Virus record (IMG/VR): IMGVR_UViG_3300034411_000354 | Span: 1 to 57,028 of that record | DNA from: a virus | Taxonomy: Duplodnaviria; Caudoviricetes | Reading direction: 5' to 3' (one strand) | DNA: 57,028 bases | Made by a program: the position numbers and the translations under genes | Shown: positions 44,199 through 55,400 of the stretch, one piece after another | Position numbering within the stretch: the stretch's first letter is position 1 | Layout of the letters: the number at the start of each line of letters is the position of its first letter | The notes under the pieces: model-generated | Told to the model about the DNA's origin: nothing | Seen by the model: only the letters and a program-made list of their open reading frames with translations | The model's database searches: none

Positions 44199-44270
44199 TC
44201 AATGTGCCGTCCGTGTGCCTGAGCTTTCTATAATAATTAAAAGGCCAAGCAAAACAAGCACTTAGTAAAG

Positions 44271-44290
44271 TGGCGGAGAAGGAGGGATTC
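44271..44290 (-). mobile_element. attP core identical in form to the 3' end of a tRNA-Ser
   Basis: Minus strand reads GAATCCCTCCTTCTCCGCCA, the T-loop half, acceptor strand, discriminator G and CCA typical of tRNA-Ser. It lies 73 bp upstream of int, and the T-loop breaks off at the boundary. Confidence 0.8.
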
Positions 44291-44319
44291 TAGTCGTAAA
44301 AAAACAATAAATAGTTCTA

Positions 44320-44387
44320 TATCAGTATCTTAGGTTCTATTTGTGCATATCTAGTTTTAGACAATAGAAAACCCTAACTTACTGATA
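44320..44387. promoter_or_regulatory. Two IHF consensus sites in attP
   Basis: TATCAGTATCTTA (44320-44332, +) and TATCAGTAAGTTA (44375-44387, -) both match WATCARNNNNTTR. Confidence 0.65.
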
Positions 44388-44440
44388 AAGCTAGTTATTT
44401 TATTTTCGATTATTTTTCATTGTGCCAGCGGCACACTATT

Positions 44441-44530
44441 TCAGTAGCGCTTCTTCTTCGCTGCTTTCTTCTTCTTTTTACCTTTCGACGCTGGGGCTGC
44501 GTTTAGCACGCACTGCTTACCTTTATGCAT
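44441..44530 (-). CDS. 29-aa Lys-rich peptide, last gene of the late arm
   Basis: AGGAG RBS, MHKGKQCVLNAAPASKGKKKKKAAKKKRY. Starts immediately after the chaperone stop. Confidence 0.6.
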   Translation of the reverse strand: MHKGKQCVLNAAPASKGKKKKKAAKKKRY

Positions 44531-44977
44531 TTATGCTCCTGGTTCAGATGGCCAAATAATCTCTTCAAGATCAGTAATGTTTGGGTTGTTTGCAGGGACG
44601 TCCCGCAACGCTTGTCGGTAGGTAGCCCACTCCGTTTTTACTGAGTCAGACAGAGGACTGTCCGCTACCTGTGTCCAGTCAGAGCGCCCTAATTTGTAGT
44701 CACGTAGACTACGCATCTCAGTCTCTAGCGCTTCAGTATCTAAGGCCCACTCGTAGTCAACCCAGTTGTAATATGGAGAAGGTCTTGCGGGTTTATTTTT
44801 TACCCATGCATGCCGCCAGTACCATTCGTTTATAACGACTGTGTCTGATATCTCGTACGGAAAACTATGCGCTGTCTCTGTACCTACCTGCTGCCCTTCG
44901 CTCCACATGTTGTCATGCGAAGGGTGGACGGTTGACACGACCTCACCGTTCTCAGCAACTAATGCGAACTTATTCAT
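44531..44977 (-). CDS. Tail fibre assembly chaperone
   Basis: C-terminal R..RD..L..SDWTQ..DSPL....W.TYRQALRD+P....WP..P signature. ATG 44977 is coupled to the upstream gene. Confidence 0.85.
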   Translation of the reverse strand: MNKFALVAENGEVVSTVHPSHDNMWSEGQQVGTETAHSFPYEISDTVVINEWYWRHAWVKNKPARPSPYYNWVDYEWALDTEALETEMRSLRDYKLGRSDWTQVADSPLSDSVKTEWATYRQALRDVPANNPNITDLEEIIWPSEPGA

Positions 44978-45729
44978 ACAACATACCCCACGATTTCTGT
45001 TCGGTGCCCTTCCCATACCTTGGTATAGGTCGTTGGTTCATAACCTGCTTGCCCACCAGCGGTTACGATATGAGTTTTAATCACTGCATTTGGGTAGTCC
45101 CAACGTAGCGTTCGTGACTTAGCTTGATATTCACGATCAGCTGATGGCCCAAAAATCCTGTAGTAATAAGAATAGTAGCCCATAGCTAAACCATAGATAT
45201 CTTCTAGGTCTGTGCTATCAACGCCCGTATACCATGTACCCGCTCCAGAACTAGAGGCTGTTACATTGTGGTGCCGTGCTGCTTGGACACGGTAAGTAGG
45301 TTTCTCTGTGGTAAAACTCAGCGTGCCATCAGACTGGTACACATTCAGGCCCACGTTGGGTGGGTTTTGACCGCTAATAACGCTGTCGTCGAATTCACTA
45401 CAGCGTTGGATAATGGCGTAGTCCGCAGCTTCCGTAGCCAAAAGACTAGACCCGTATGCAAAGTTCATAAAGCACTTACGAACACGGGTTCCGTTGTTAG
45501 TCGTATCGGTGTAATAAGCGTACAGCGTGTAGTGTGTTGAGGTGGTTGGGTTATTAGGTTTTGCTACCACTAGTATATCGTCAGGGTAACTATTAGGAAT
45601 CGTCACAGAGTTAATCGAACTGTTGCCGCTTGCCGCGACAGTCCCCGTAGCAAGCACCTGAAAACCCTGGGTTGTGTCGTCAATCTGAGTAAACCCAGAC
45701 TCGTTTTCTACCCTAATACCGTATGTCAT
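44974..45729 (-). CDS. Tail-associated protein
   Basis: 251 aa, YG+.+.N..G..QID and G+.VY..DG...F motifs seen in genes downstream of J-like fibres. Confidence 0.7.
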   Translation of the reverse strand: MTYGIRVENESGFTQIDDTTQGFQVLATGTVAASGNSSINSVTIPNSYPDDILVVAKPNNPTTSTHYTLYAYYTDTTNNGTRVRKCFMNFAYGSSLLATEAADYAIIQRCSEFDDSVISGQNPPNVGLNVYQSDGTLSFTTEKPTYRVQAARHHNVTASSSGAGTWYTGVDSTDLEDIYGLAMGYYSYYYRIFGPSADREYQAKSRTLRWDYPNAVIKTHIVTAGGQAGYEPTTYTKVWEGHRTEIVGYVV

Positions 45730-46403
45730 TATTGGTTCAACTTAAATACGTTAACGCGCCAAGTAATCGTAGCGCCAGAACTGCTGACAACGAACTGGCC
45801 AGAGGATGAGAGTACTTTTAAGTCAATCTCCACAGGAGTTACATCAATCCCCCAATCGCCGTTAGTAATGTCATAACCCCCGCCCACTGAGATCGTAGTG
45901 CTAGAGCTAGATGTTACGGTGCCGGAATACGATGCGTAGTGCATGATCTGCTTGTCTTTGGTATCAAGCCTGGGCAGATTTGAATTACTGGGATGCCACA
46001 CCTGCAGGCCCATATCCGGTGTGCCGGAACTGCCGCTGAAGGTGCCACTAATCGTAAACTCAGCCTGCTGGTGGTCCGTTGAAGGGCCACCATACTGGTG
46101 CCCGCCAGGCAGGTAGTACACGAGCACCCCATTACACGAGTAATTCGAATTCGTGGTCGTCGGAGTAATCGTAAACGAGCCACGGTTCTTAACACTTGTC
46201 GGGGAGATTGTGCAGTTGACCAGGGTAAAGACGATGTCATTGTCTTCGTTATCCAAGTAATTGGTCTGTTGTGTGCTAGTAGCTTCCTGATCAAAGCTCG
46301 CTGTTATGGTGTCGCCAACCGTCAGATTTCTAGTAGCTGTCGTTGTACCGCCGTAAGGCAGTGCTGCCGATGTAATGGATAAATTTTCTGTGTAGGTAGT
46401 CAT
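45729..46403 (-). CDS. Tail-associated protein
   Basis: 224 aa, Thr/Ser beta-rich, GLQVW motif. Coupled to the fibre gene. Confidence 0.7.
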   Translation of the reverse strand: MTTYTENLSITSAALPYGGTTTATRNLTVGDTITASFDQEATSTQQTNYLDNEDNDIVFTLVNCTISPTSVKNRGSFTITPTTTNSNYSCNGVLVYYLPGGHQYGGPSTDHQQAEFTISGTFSGSSGTPDMGLQVWHPSNSNLPRLDTKDKQIMHYASYSGTVTSSSSTTISVGGGYDITNGDWGIDVTPVEIDLKVLSSSGQFVVSSSGATITWRVNVFKLNQ

Positions 46404-49400
46404 TACAGATTACCTAGCTTGATGCGGACCGTGCCGCTTGAATCGAAGACCTTGATTGAATCAGCTTTAATCTCCATTCGCGCGCCAGTAGCAGCAGACT
46501 TCAAATCAATGCCCGACGTAACACCTTCGATGTTTACGTTCGCCGCATTAAGCGTACCGGTGCTTATCTTGCCCGCTGATAGGTTCGCAATCTTAGCGTC
46601 ATCAATAGCCGCATTACCTATCTTCGCGGTGTCAATCGTACCGTTCGCAATGAACGCATCAGTGATATAGACACCAGGAGTTACGGTCACGCCGTTGTTT
46701 GTATATGAGCTGGTCACTACGCTAAATGGGACCTGCGCAGTGCCGGTGTCGCTAGCGTCCTTGAGGATCGCGAACCGGTCAGCGTTAACAATAAACTCAC
46801 TGACGATGTTGCCGGAGCCCGTGGTTGTACTGGCCAAGCCGTAACCAGCGACCGCGCCGTTGTTGTCGATCTTTACAGTGTACTGGGCTTCTAATCCGTT
46901 AACAGATTGTGCGTTCGCACTCACTGTAGCTGTCTGGCCATCAACCGCAGATTGAACGGTGTTAACCTGCTTGGCTATCGCCTGAACAGAGTTATCTCCA
47001 AGCTTTGCCTGTCGAGCGCCCAGCAGTACCGTCTCGTCATCGTCGCCACCTTCCTGTGCAATCAAATGGAATGGTGCCGTGCCGACAAATCGATAAGGAC
47101 CGCCGCCCGTGTTTATGTTTGTGTTGCCAGTATTGGAGCCTTGCGAGACAAACAAGGGAGCTGATGTCGATGCGGCAGACAGATCCTCTCGATACAGGAC
47201 AGTGCCATCCGCCTTCATCACGGTCACTTCACAAGGCTCTACCGCAACAATTCGATAGTTAGAAAGATTTGGTTCAGGCCATACATACAGGTCTGACATC
47301 GCCTCTCTGGGCAAGCCAAATTCTGCGTCACCACCAGCACCATCCGCATGACCGTAATACGCGATGTGCATGTCTTCATCGTCGGTTGCGTAGTAGCGAG
47401 CGTTACCGTTCGTTATGCGTGTTGGAGTGCCGCTAGTCTTTGAGTTTGCGTAAAAAACAATCTCACCTGCCGCCTCATAGTTAGAGACTGCTTCACCGTT
47501 GGTCATTGGAATCATGAGCATGTTGTCGCCGCCACCAGTTGGGCGGAATATGCCAGTGATTCTAGCGTCTGACTTAAAGATAAAGGTAGCGGCTGCGTCG
47601 TTAGCGCTTAGATCTACGTCCGCTTCGTAGTGGTAGTACCCACCAGCCGGAATAATGATCGTGTCATCTACCGTGGATGATGACTCAATGAAGTCAGCGG
47701 CACCGTTGGCGTCGTAGTACACATCAACCTGTGCCTCACCATACGGTGCGAAAAGGTAGATATCATAGGGGTTGTAGCGTGAGCCGCTGTTAGCAAGAAG
47801 CGTCGAGCTGAAGTTTGCTGGCGCTCCCATAACACCGTCAGCATGCTTACAAATGATAGGACCAGAGGCGAATACCCTCCAAGGACCATCACCTGACTGC
47901 GATGTCTCTGAAGGTATGTTGTAGTTGGTGTAGGCGTCAGCGTTTTCCTTAACGGTGTACTGCGTACCATCAGTCATCTTCTCAATGTAGATGTTGACAC
48001 CATCTTCCAGCGCAACCACGTAAGCCGGAGCGCCAGCTCCATCGATGCTTCGAAGATACCAGTCGTTACTGACATAGTGACCATTGAGGCCAGAGGTGAC
48101 TCGTGCCTCTAATAGCCGCACATCTAACGCAGCTGCCGCCGCACTTGAAGCCGCATTTGAAGCCGAGGTAGCCGCTCCCGACGCAGAATTAGCAGACGCC
48201 GTTGCTGAACCAGCCGCGTTACCTGCAGAAGCAGACGACAAACCGGCTTGCGTGGTTGCAGTATTCTCAGAACCCGCCGCGTTCGACGCTGAATTAGCCG
48301 CGTTCGACGCAAAGGTAGAGGCCTCGCCTGCTTTAGTTGTAGCAATGCCCGCTTGCGACGTAGCCGTGGTCGCTTCTTGTCCAGCTGTATTAGCCGAGGC
48401 GGAAGCCTGACCGGCAGATGTACTAGCGGCAGACGCTGATATGTCAGCCAACTCCTGAGCAGTAGAGCCTCTATCGCTAGTCTCAACAACAGTGAGGTCG
48501 TGATGGCCTCGGACAAAGACCAACCCATCGAAAAAGATTTCTTTGCCAGAGCCGCCTGTGTGGCTACGTACATCGATTGATATATTAGCCCCTGGAGTGC
48601 TGCTAGCCGTGCCTTGACCAGTTACAAACTGCCATGCGTTTGTGGAGGTTACGAAGCCAACGGCCCAGCCGCCATCGTACGGGAACTGCAGAGAAATATT
48701 GCCGCTAAAGTTTTTGTAAACCCAAACACCCCAGGTGAATTTCTCACCTGTGATCTGCTCTATATCCGTCTGATAAATAATTGGGCTACTGTCACTATAG
48801 AAGTTGCTGGAGCTAAGAGTTTTAGCACTGTGTGTACCAAACTTCTTCTGCGTAGTACTGCGCTCAAGGAACGTAGTGTTCCACCCGCCTCTTAAATTGG
48901 CTTCCTCAAGCCGTGAATCCACAACAACATTATCCAGAACCATGCTGTCCCGAGCCGCTTCTGCATTAGTGCGTGCTGTAGCTGCTAGACCCGCTTGCGT
49001 GGTTGCAGTGGTCGATGAGCCAGCCGCGTTTGACGCTGAATTAGCCGCGTTCGACGCAAAGGTAGAGGCGTCTCCTGCTTTTGTAGTTGCAATCCCCGCT
49101 TGCGTCGTAGCCGTAGTCGCTTCTTGTCCCGCTGTATTAGCCGAGGCGGAAGCCTGGCCCGCAGACGTATTAGCAGCAGACGCTGAGTCGCTAGACTTGT
49201 GGGCTGATCGAACAGCTGAGTCATCTACTTCTACTGTCGTTAGATCTACTTCACCCCTAACAACAATAACGCCATCAACATAGACCGCGTTGTCTGTTGT
49301 GGTCCCGATAGGGGCGGATCGAAGTTCGAGTCTTAGACCGTATAAAGGGGGCCACGATCCTGCAGTGCCCGTTTGAGTAAGGAATACCCAAGAGTTGCGG

Positions 49401-52400
49401 ACAGCCGTAGAAGCTGTTCCCCAACCGCCGTCGCCTGCAAAACCAAATGACTCAGACGTAGTGCCAGACCCGTCGATGTAAACCCACATCCCCCAAGTAA
49501 GCTTGTCGCCTGTCGCGATATCGGGGAATGAGTCCAAAAGAGCTGTCTCAAAAATATCAACGCTCGATGTGCCGCTCGCGGGGATTTTAAGGCTATGCGT
49601 ACCAAGCTTAAAATACGTGGTTGATGTGGCGCAGTTGCTGCTCTGATCAGTCCACTGCGGTTTAACGCCACCAGGGAACGTGCCGTCAAAGGCATAGTTC
49701 TGGTAAACGATAGCGTCACGCGCGTCCTCAGCATCAGACGCTGCAGTGGCGGCTAGACCTGCTTGAGTACTGGCCGTGGACGAGGACCCCGCAGCGTTGG
49801 ACGCGGACTGCTGAGCTTGACTCGCGAACCCCGAAGCGTCACTCGCGAACCCTGATGCGTCACCCGCTTTCGTGCTCGCGATACCCGCTTGTGTGGTGGC
49901 AGTAGACGCAAAATTGCCAGCGTCACTTTCACTTGCGGATGCATTACCTTCAGAAACAAGGGCTGCGGCTGCAGAGACAGCTGCAGCATCTGCTTTTATC
50001 TCCGCCTTAATCGCCTCAGTAACATCGATGACTTCCATCGACTGTATTGATGGCTGGCCGTCGGTAAGGCCGCCAGCGTTATGACGTATTTGGAAGTTTA
50101 CGAATGCTAAATCAGGTTCATTGTTAGTACCTGAATTGGGTGGGATAATCGCCCACGCCCTACCACCACTTTGCAGATCAGGTGCGTTTTCAGTTACTAA
50201 ATCAAACGCTTCTAGCTCCGCATCTGTGTAGTCACTACCGCCAAAGAAAACGGACAACTCATAAACGCCATCAGCGACAGTTTTTGTTACGTTAACGGGC
50301 TGGTAGTTGTTTAAATCAGGTGAACTAGTAATCCTAGTGCCATCTGCTTTCCAACCATTAATTCCGAGGCTTAACCTTACCCCAGTGCCAATCGTGGGAC
50401 CGTCGTTAAGAACGCGGGATATTACTCGCACGAGATAAACTTTGTCAGAGCTATACGGCTGTACTCGTCGCGGCGATATCGAATCATTCAGACCAAGAGT
50501 GGGTACGTAGGCGTTACCGAACTCAGCGTCATTAGTAACGAAAAAACTAGCGGTGGCATTACCAGCACCAGCAAATCGATTATCGGTGGAATATAAATTG
50601 TGGCTCTGCTGGGTCTGTTGCCAGCTTGTAGGGTTGATAAATTGGATCTCGCCATTCGCTGCTGTCTCTACTAACACAGCATCTTTTAAGTCGTCAGTGT
50701 CAGACCTGGCAGTAGCCGCCAACGTAGCCTGAGATGAAGCCGAAGACGCAGAACCAGCCGCGTTAGTTTCTGATTGAGCTGCAGCTGACTCACTTGCCTG
50801 TGCGTTTGTTTCAGCCGTCTCAGCATCATTTTTTGCAGTAGTAGCAAGTGTTGCCTGCGCGGCGGCAGTGTTAGCAGAACCCTGAGCATTCGACTCACTT
50901 GTCGCTGCATTACCGGCTGAGGTTGAAGCCTCTCCAGCCTTGGTAGTAGCAACACCTGCCTGATTGCTCGCGGTAGTAGCGAAACCACCTGCCGCACCCT
51001 CGCTTGCGGATGCGTTAGCCGCAGATGTCTGTGATGCTGCAGCGCTTATTGCGCTCTCTACTGTGCCTTTATTAGTCTCAACAATTGAGCCGTTAGACGA
51101 TAGGAACTGCACATCGTCAATGTAGCCACGGAAGTTACCACCAGCCGCCCATGTGACGTAATTAACAAGAACATCGGTGCCGATGTTGCCAGGCTGATCA
51201 TCAATTAGGATAAGGTCAATTCGAACAAATGCTGTATTAGCAGGCGCAGTGCCCTCATCAGAGACGTAGTCAAACCAGGTCTGCTGTGGCGCTCTTGAAG
51301 ACCCACTTACCCATGAACCGTTTGCCTGGTTGTATTCAGAAGTAGCCGAAGGTACAGCGGTTTGACTAAGCAGCGCGCCGTCTTCGTCGTACCAGTTGTA
51401 GATGATGAAAACGTCGTCCTCATCAACCCACTCTGGATCACGGTTATAGGGAGCTGGGACAGTGCCCGCCAGATTTACCGCCATATCGACGTTAAATTTC
51501 TGGGACGGTTCAGCAATAAAGTACTTACTTAACCGCATCCAGTCTCCGGTACTGCCAGAGTCGGTTACATGCGTACCAAAACTTTGTGTTGAGGAAAAAT
51601 CACCACTGCTGTTGACGACGGTAGAAACAACACCAACATCGTTAGGGGCATCAGCTCGTTGGCCGTCGCAGTCCCAGCCAGTTGGCCAAGTGTCTACCGA
51701 TGTAGATGCTTGATCAGCCTCAAAGCCCGCATTCACAACACCGCCATCGACCAGGTTCATACGCTCTTGGATCGCGACCGCTACACCTTCAGAAGTTGCT
51801 GCGGATGAACTAGATCCAGCCGCACTTGTCGCGCTACCTGCAGCAGCGTTTTGATACGTCAGGGCGTTAGCTTCTGAGGAAGCGGCGTCTGACGCGCTGC
51901 TCGCTGCATTGCTCTCACTACTCGATGCGGCTGACTCACTACTCGCGGCATTCGTCTCACTTTGTGCCGCGTTGGCAGCTGAGGTGGAAGCCTGGCCTGC
52001 TTTAGTAGTAGCAATACCAGCCTGGTTAGTTGCGGTAGTGGCAAAACCGCCAGCCGCGCCTTCGCTTGCGGAGGCATTACCTTCAGAGACAAGAGCTGCG
52101 GCTGCAGAAACAGCTGCTGCATCTGCTTTTATCTCAGCGAGGACGGCCTCAGTTATATCGAACACTTCGAACGATTTAACCGCTATTGAGCCGTCGGAGT
52201 GATTTGATGCGTTTTGACGAATATGGAAGCCGATAGACTTTGCCGGAGTATCTGAACCGTTTGCAGAAGATGTGGAATTCACAGTCAGCAGACCACTGAA
52301 AGTATTGTTAACCTGCGTGGTCTTGTTGTCGTTAACAATATCTAAACCGTTAATAACAGCGCTGGTATAGTCATCGCCATGAAATACCATGACGAATTCG

Positions 52401-55400
52401 GTCTCACCGTCAGCCTGGTTAGGTTGTTGCTGACCTGGCTGAAGATTCTCACGCAGTGTTAAGCCGTCACCACCTCGCGTAGTTGCCCCTAAATATACGT
52501 TCGTAGCGCTGCTGGCATAGGTGGATACAGTGCTCTCCAGAGCGACACGATAAATAGCACGAAGCATATAAACTTTATCTGGCCCGTAGGGGTACGACTT
52601 TCTCGGCCCGAAAGTGTCATTGCCCCTATTCCCGCCAAAGTTATATGCATCGCCAAACACGCTGTCTGTTGTGGTGAAGTCCGTTTCTAATATTTGGCCC
52701 GTGTTAATAAACCGGTCATCTGAAGAATCCAGATTCTTATCAAACGGGTTAAAAGCCCAGCTCTCAACAATAGGTGTAACTCTTGATGGCCCAGACGCCG
52801 CTAACTCGACCAAGGTTTCGGCGAGCGCGTCCTCTGCTGCAGACTGCGCTGACGCTGCTAACGTGCTACTTGAGGACGCTGATGACTCAGATCCAGCAGC
52901 ATTTGATTCTGATGTTGCAGCATTAGTCTCGGAAACTAATGCGGCGGCTTCACTGGCCGAGGCATCGGATGCGCTTTGTGCTGCCAGGCCTTCACTTGCA
53001 AGAGCCGCTGAAGCAGAGTTGCCAGCCGCTGTTTGGCTTGCTGTAGCACTCTGTTGCGACAAAAGCGCCGCATCAGCAGAGGCGTCAGCTTTTTCACTCG
53101 CCGTACTTGCAGCGTCACTAGCCTCAACAACAGTTAGATCGTGGTGGCCGCGCACGAGAATCAGTCCATCTATGAAGACTTGTCGCGTTCCAGAGCCACC
53201 CATGTGGCCGCGTATGTCCATCTCTAGGTTCACAGCCATCGTAGAGAGCGCAGTGCCTTGGCCAGTTACAAACTGCCATGCGTTTGTGGCAGTGACCGTA
53301 CCCGCAGCCCAACCACCAAACTGCTGGAATTGGATTGTAATATCGGTGTTCCAGTTCTTATAAACCCAAGCGCCCCAGGTGAATTTCTCACCTGAAATTA
53401 TGGGTATATCAGTGTAGTAAAAAATTGGGTACTGGTTGGTAAAGACGCCAGAAGTGGATCCTAAGCTATGCGTACCAAACTTTGACTGCCCGCTAGAGCG
53501 CTGATAAAGATTTGTGGAGTCCCAGCCGCCTATTAAAGAGCTTTCAGATAGCCTTGAATCAACAATCAAATTTTCAAGGACCATCGCGTCTCTAGCAGAT
53601 TCGGCATCCGCTCTTGCAGACGCTGCGAGACCTGCTTCCGTTGAAGCATTACTAGCAGAACCTGAAGCATTCGACTCTGACGACGCGGCGTTACTTGCTG
53701 AGACTGCTGCTTCACCAGCTTTGGTGGTAGCAATACCAGCCTGAGAACTGGCGACACCAGCGGAGGAGTTGGCAGCGCTTTGACTCGCAGTAGCACTCTG
53801 CTGTGATACCAGAGCAGCGTCAGCGAAATCTGCGCTATTGTGAGCTGCCCGCACTGCTGAATCATCAACTTCTACAGACGTTAGATCGACTTCACCTTTT
53901 ACGATTATGACGCCATCAATGTACGTCGCTACATCATTAGATTCGAGTGGGTTCGATCGGAACTCTAACTTCACGTCAAGCGTATTTGCGGCCTGGTTGC
54001 CCATCGTTCCTGTAGCAGTAAGGAACACCCACTGGTTGCGCGTGCTGGTAGATGCTGTAGCCCAACCGCCATCGCCAGCTAGACCGTAGCTTTCCGTACT
54101 AGTGCCAGACCCATCAATATAGACCCACATCCCCCACGTATACTTGTCACCAATTACAGACTCGGGGAAAAAGTCGAGCTGGTCACTATAGAAGATATCT
54201 GTACTTCCAGTCTGGCCGGAGGTAACTTTTAAACTGTTAGACCCAAACTTAGCTTGAGTCGAAGATATTGAAGCGTCGGCACTTTGTGAAACCCATATTG
54301 GCTTTGTAGTGGTGGGGAAGGTCCCGTCAAACGCAAAGTTCTGATACACAATGCCATCGCGCGCAGATTCAGCAGCCGTCTGTGCGGAGGCCGCCAGTGT
54401 TGAGCTTTGAGAAGCGGTAGATGCGTGTCCAGCAGCGGTAACAACAGATGCAGCAGCAGCCTGTTCAGACGCTAGCGCATTTGTCTCAGCGGTCTCAGCG
54501 TCGGTCTTTGCAGTAGTAGCTAGACCTGCTTGCGTACTTGCAGTAGAAGCAAAACCGGACGCATTCGACTCACTTTGCGCAGCAGCCTGTTCAGACGCTA
54601 GCGCATTAGTCTCAGCCGTTTCAGCTCCACCTCTGGCGGTAGTAGCTAGACCCGCTTGCGTACTTGCAGTAGACGCATGCCCCAGCGCGGTAGAGGCAGA
54701 ACCTGCCGCTGCACCTTGACTAACGGACGCTGCAGTCGCACTGATTGCTGCCTCCATCGGGCCTTGGGAAATTTCTTGGATAGAACCGTCGGTGCATAGG
54801 AACTGCACATCGTCGATGCGGCCCATCCAGTTGCCACCCGTCCACGTTGTGTAGTCACCGCGATTACTTACTGGAATCACCTGACCATTATAGTCAACGC
54901 CAACGATTTCAATTTTTGCGTATACGGAGTTGGCCGGTACGGTTACTGCTGCTGGCTCGAAGTCGATCCAAGTTTCGTTTACTGCTGCGCCAAGCGCCCC
55001 TGACGTAGTGATGTTGTTAGCAACAGCGTACAAATGTCCTGCACTCTGAGAGTACAATGACGATAGGAACACGCCCTCAGAATCATAGAATGACCACACG
55101 CAAATTGTGTCGTCTTCACCGACCCAATAGCTGTCCTGGGGGTCTGTAGTGGTCGGGGTAATGTTCTCGTAGTCATAGTTCCAAACACGGCACTTCGTTT
55201 TTAGTGTCTTACCTGGCTCAACCAAGAAGTGTTTGTAATGTGTTACCCAGTGCCCGGTGCTGTATACCGTGGGGCTTATAATACCGTAAGACAGCTCCGA
55301 GCCGAACTCGCTAGTCGTACCTACATCCGTTACAAAACCTAAATTAGTGATCGAGTTTTGTGCTTCTACTGTCCAGCCTGCGGGAGCTCCAACGCCTGCT

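Noticed and set aside
44230-44350. Complete tRNA gene
   Set aside because: Only 20 nt of the 3' end are present. The flanking DNA is AT-rich and cannot form the cloverleaf.
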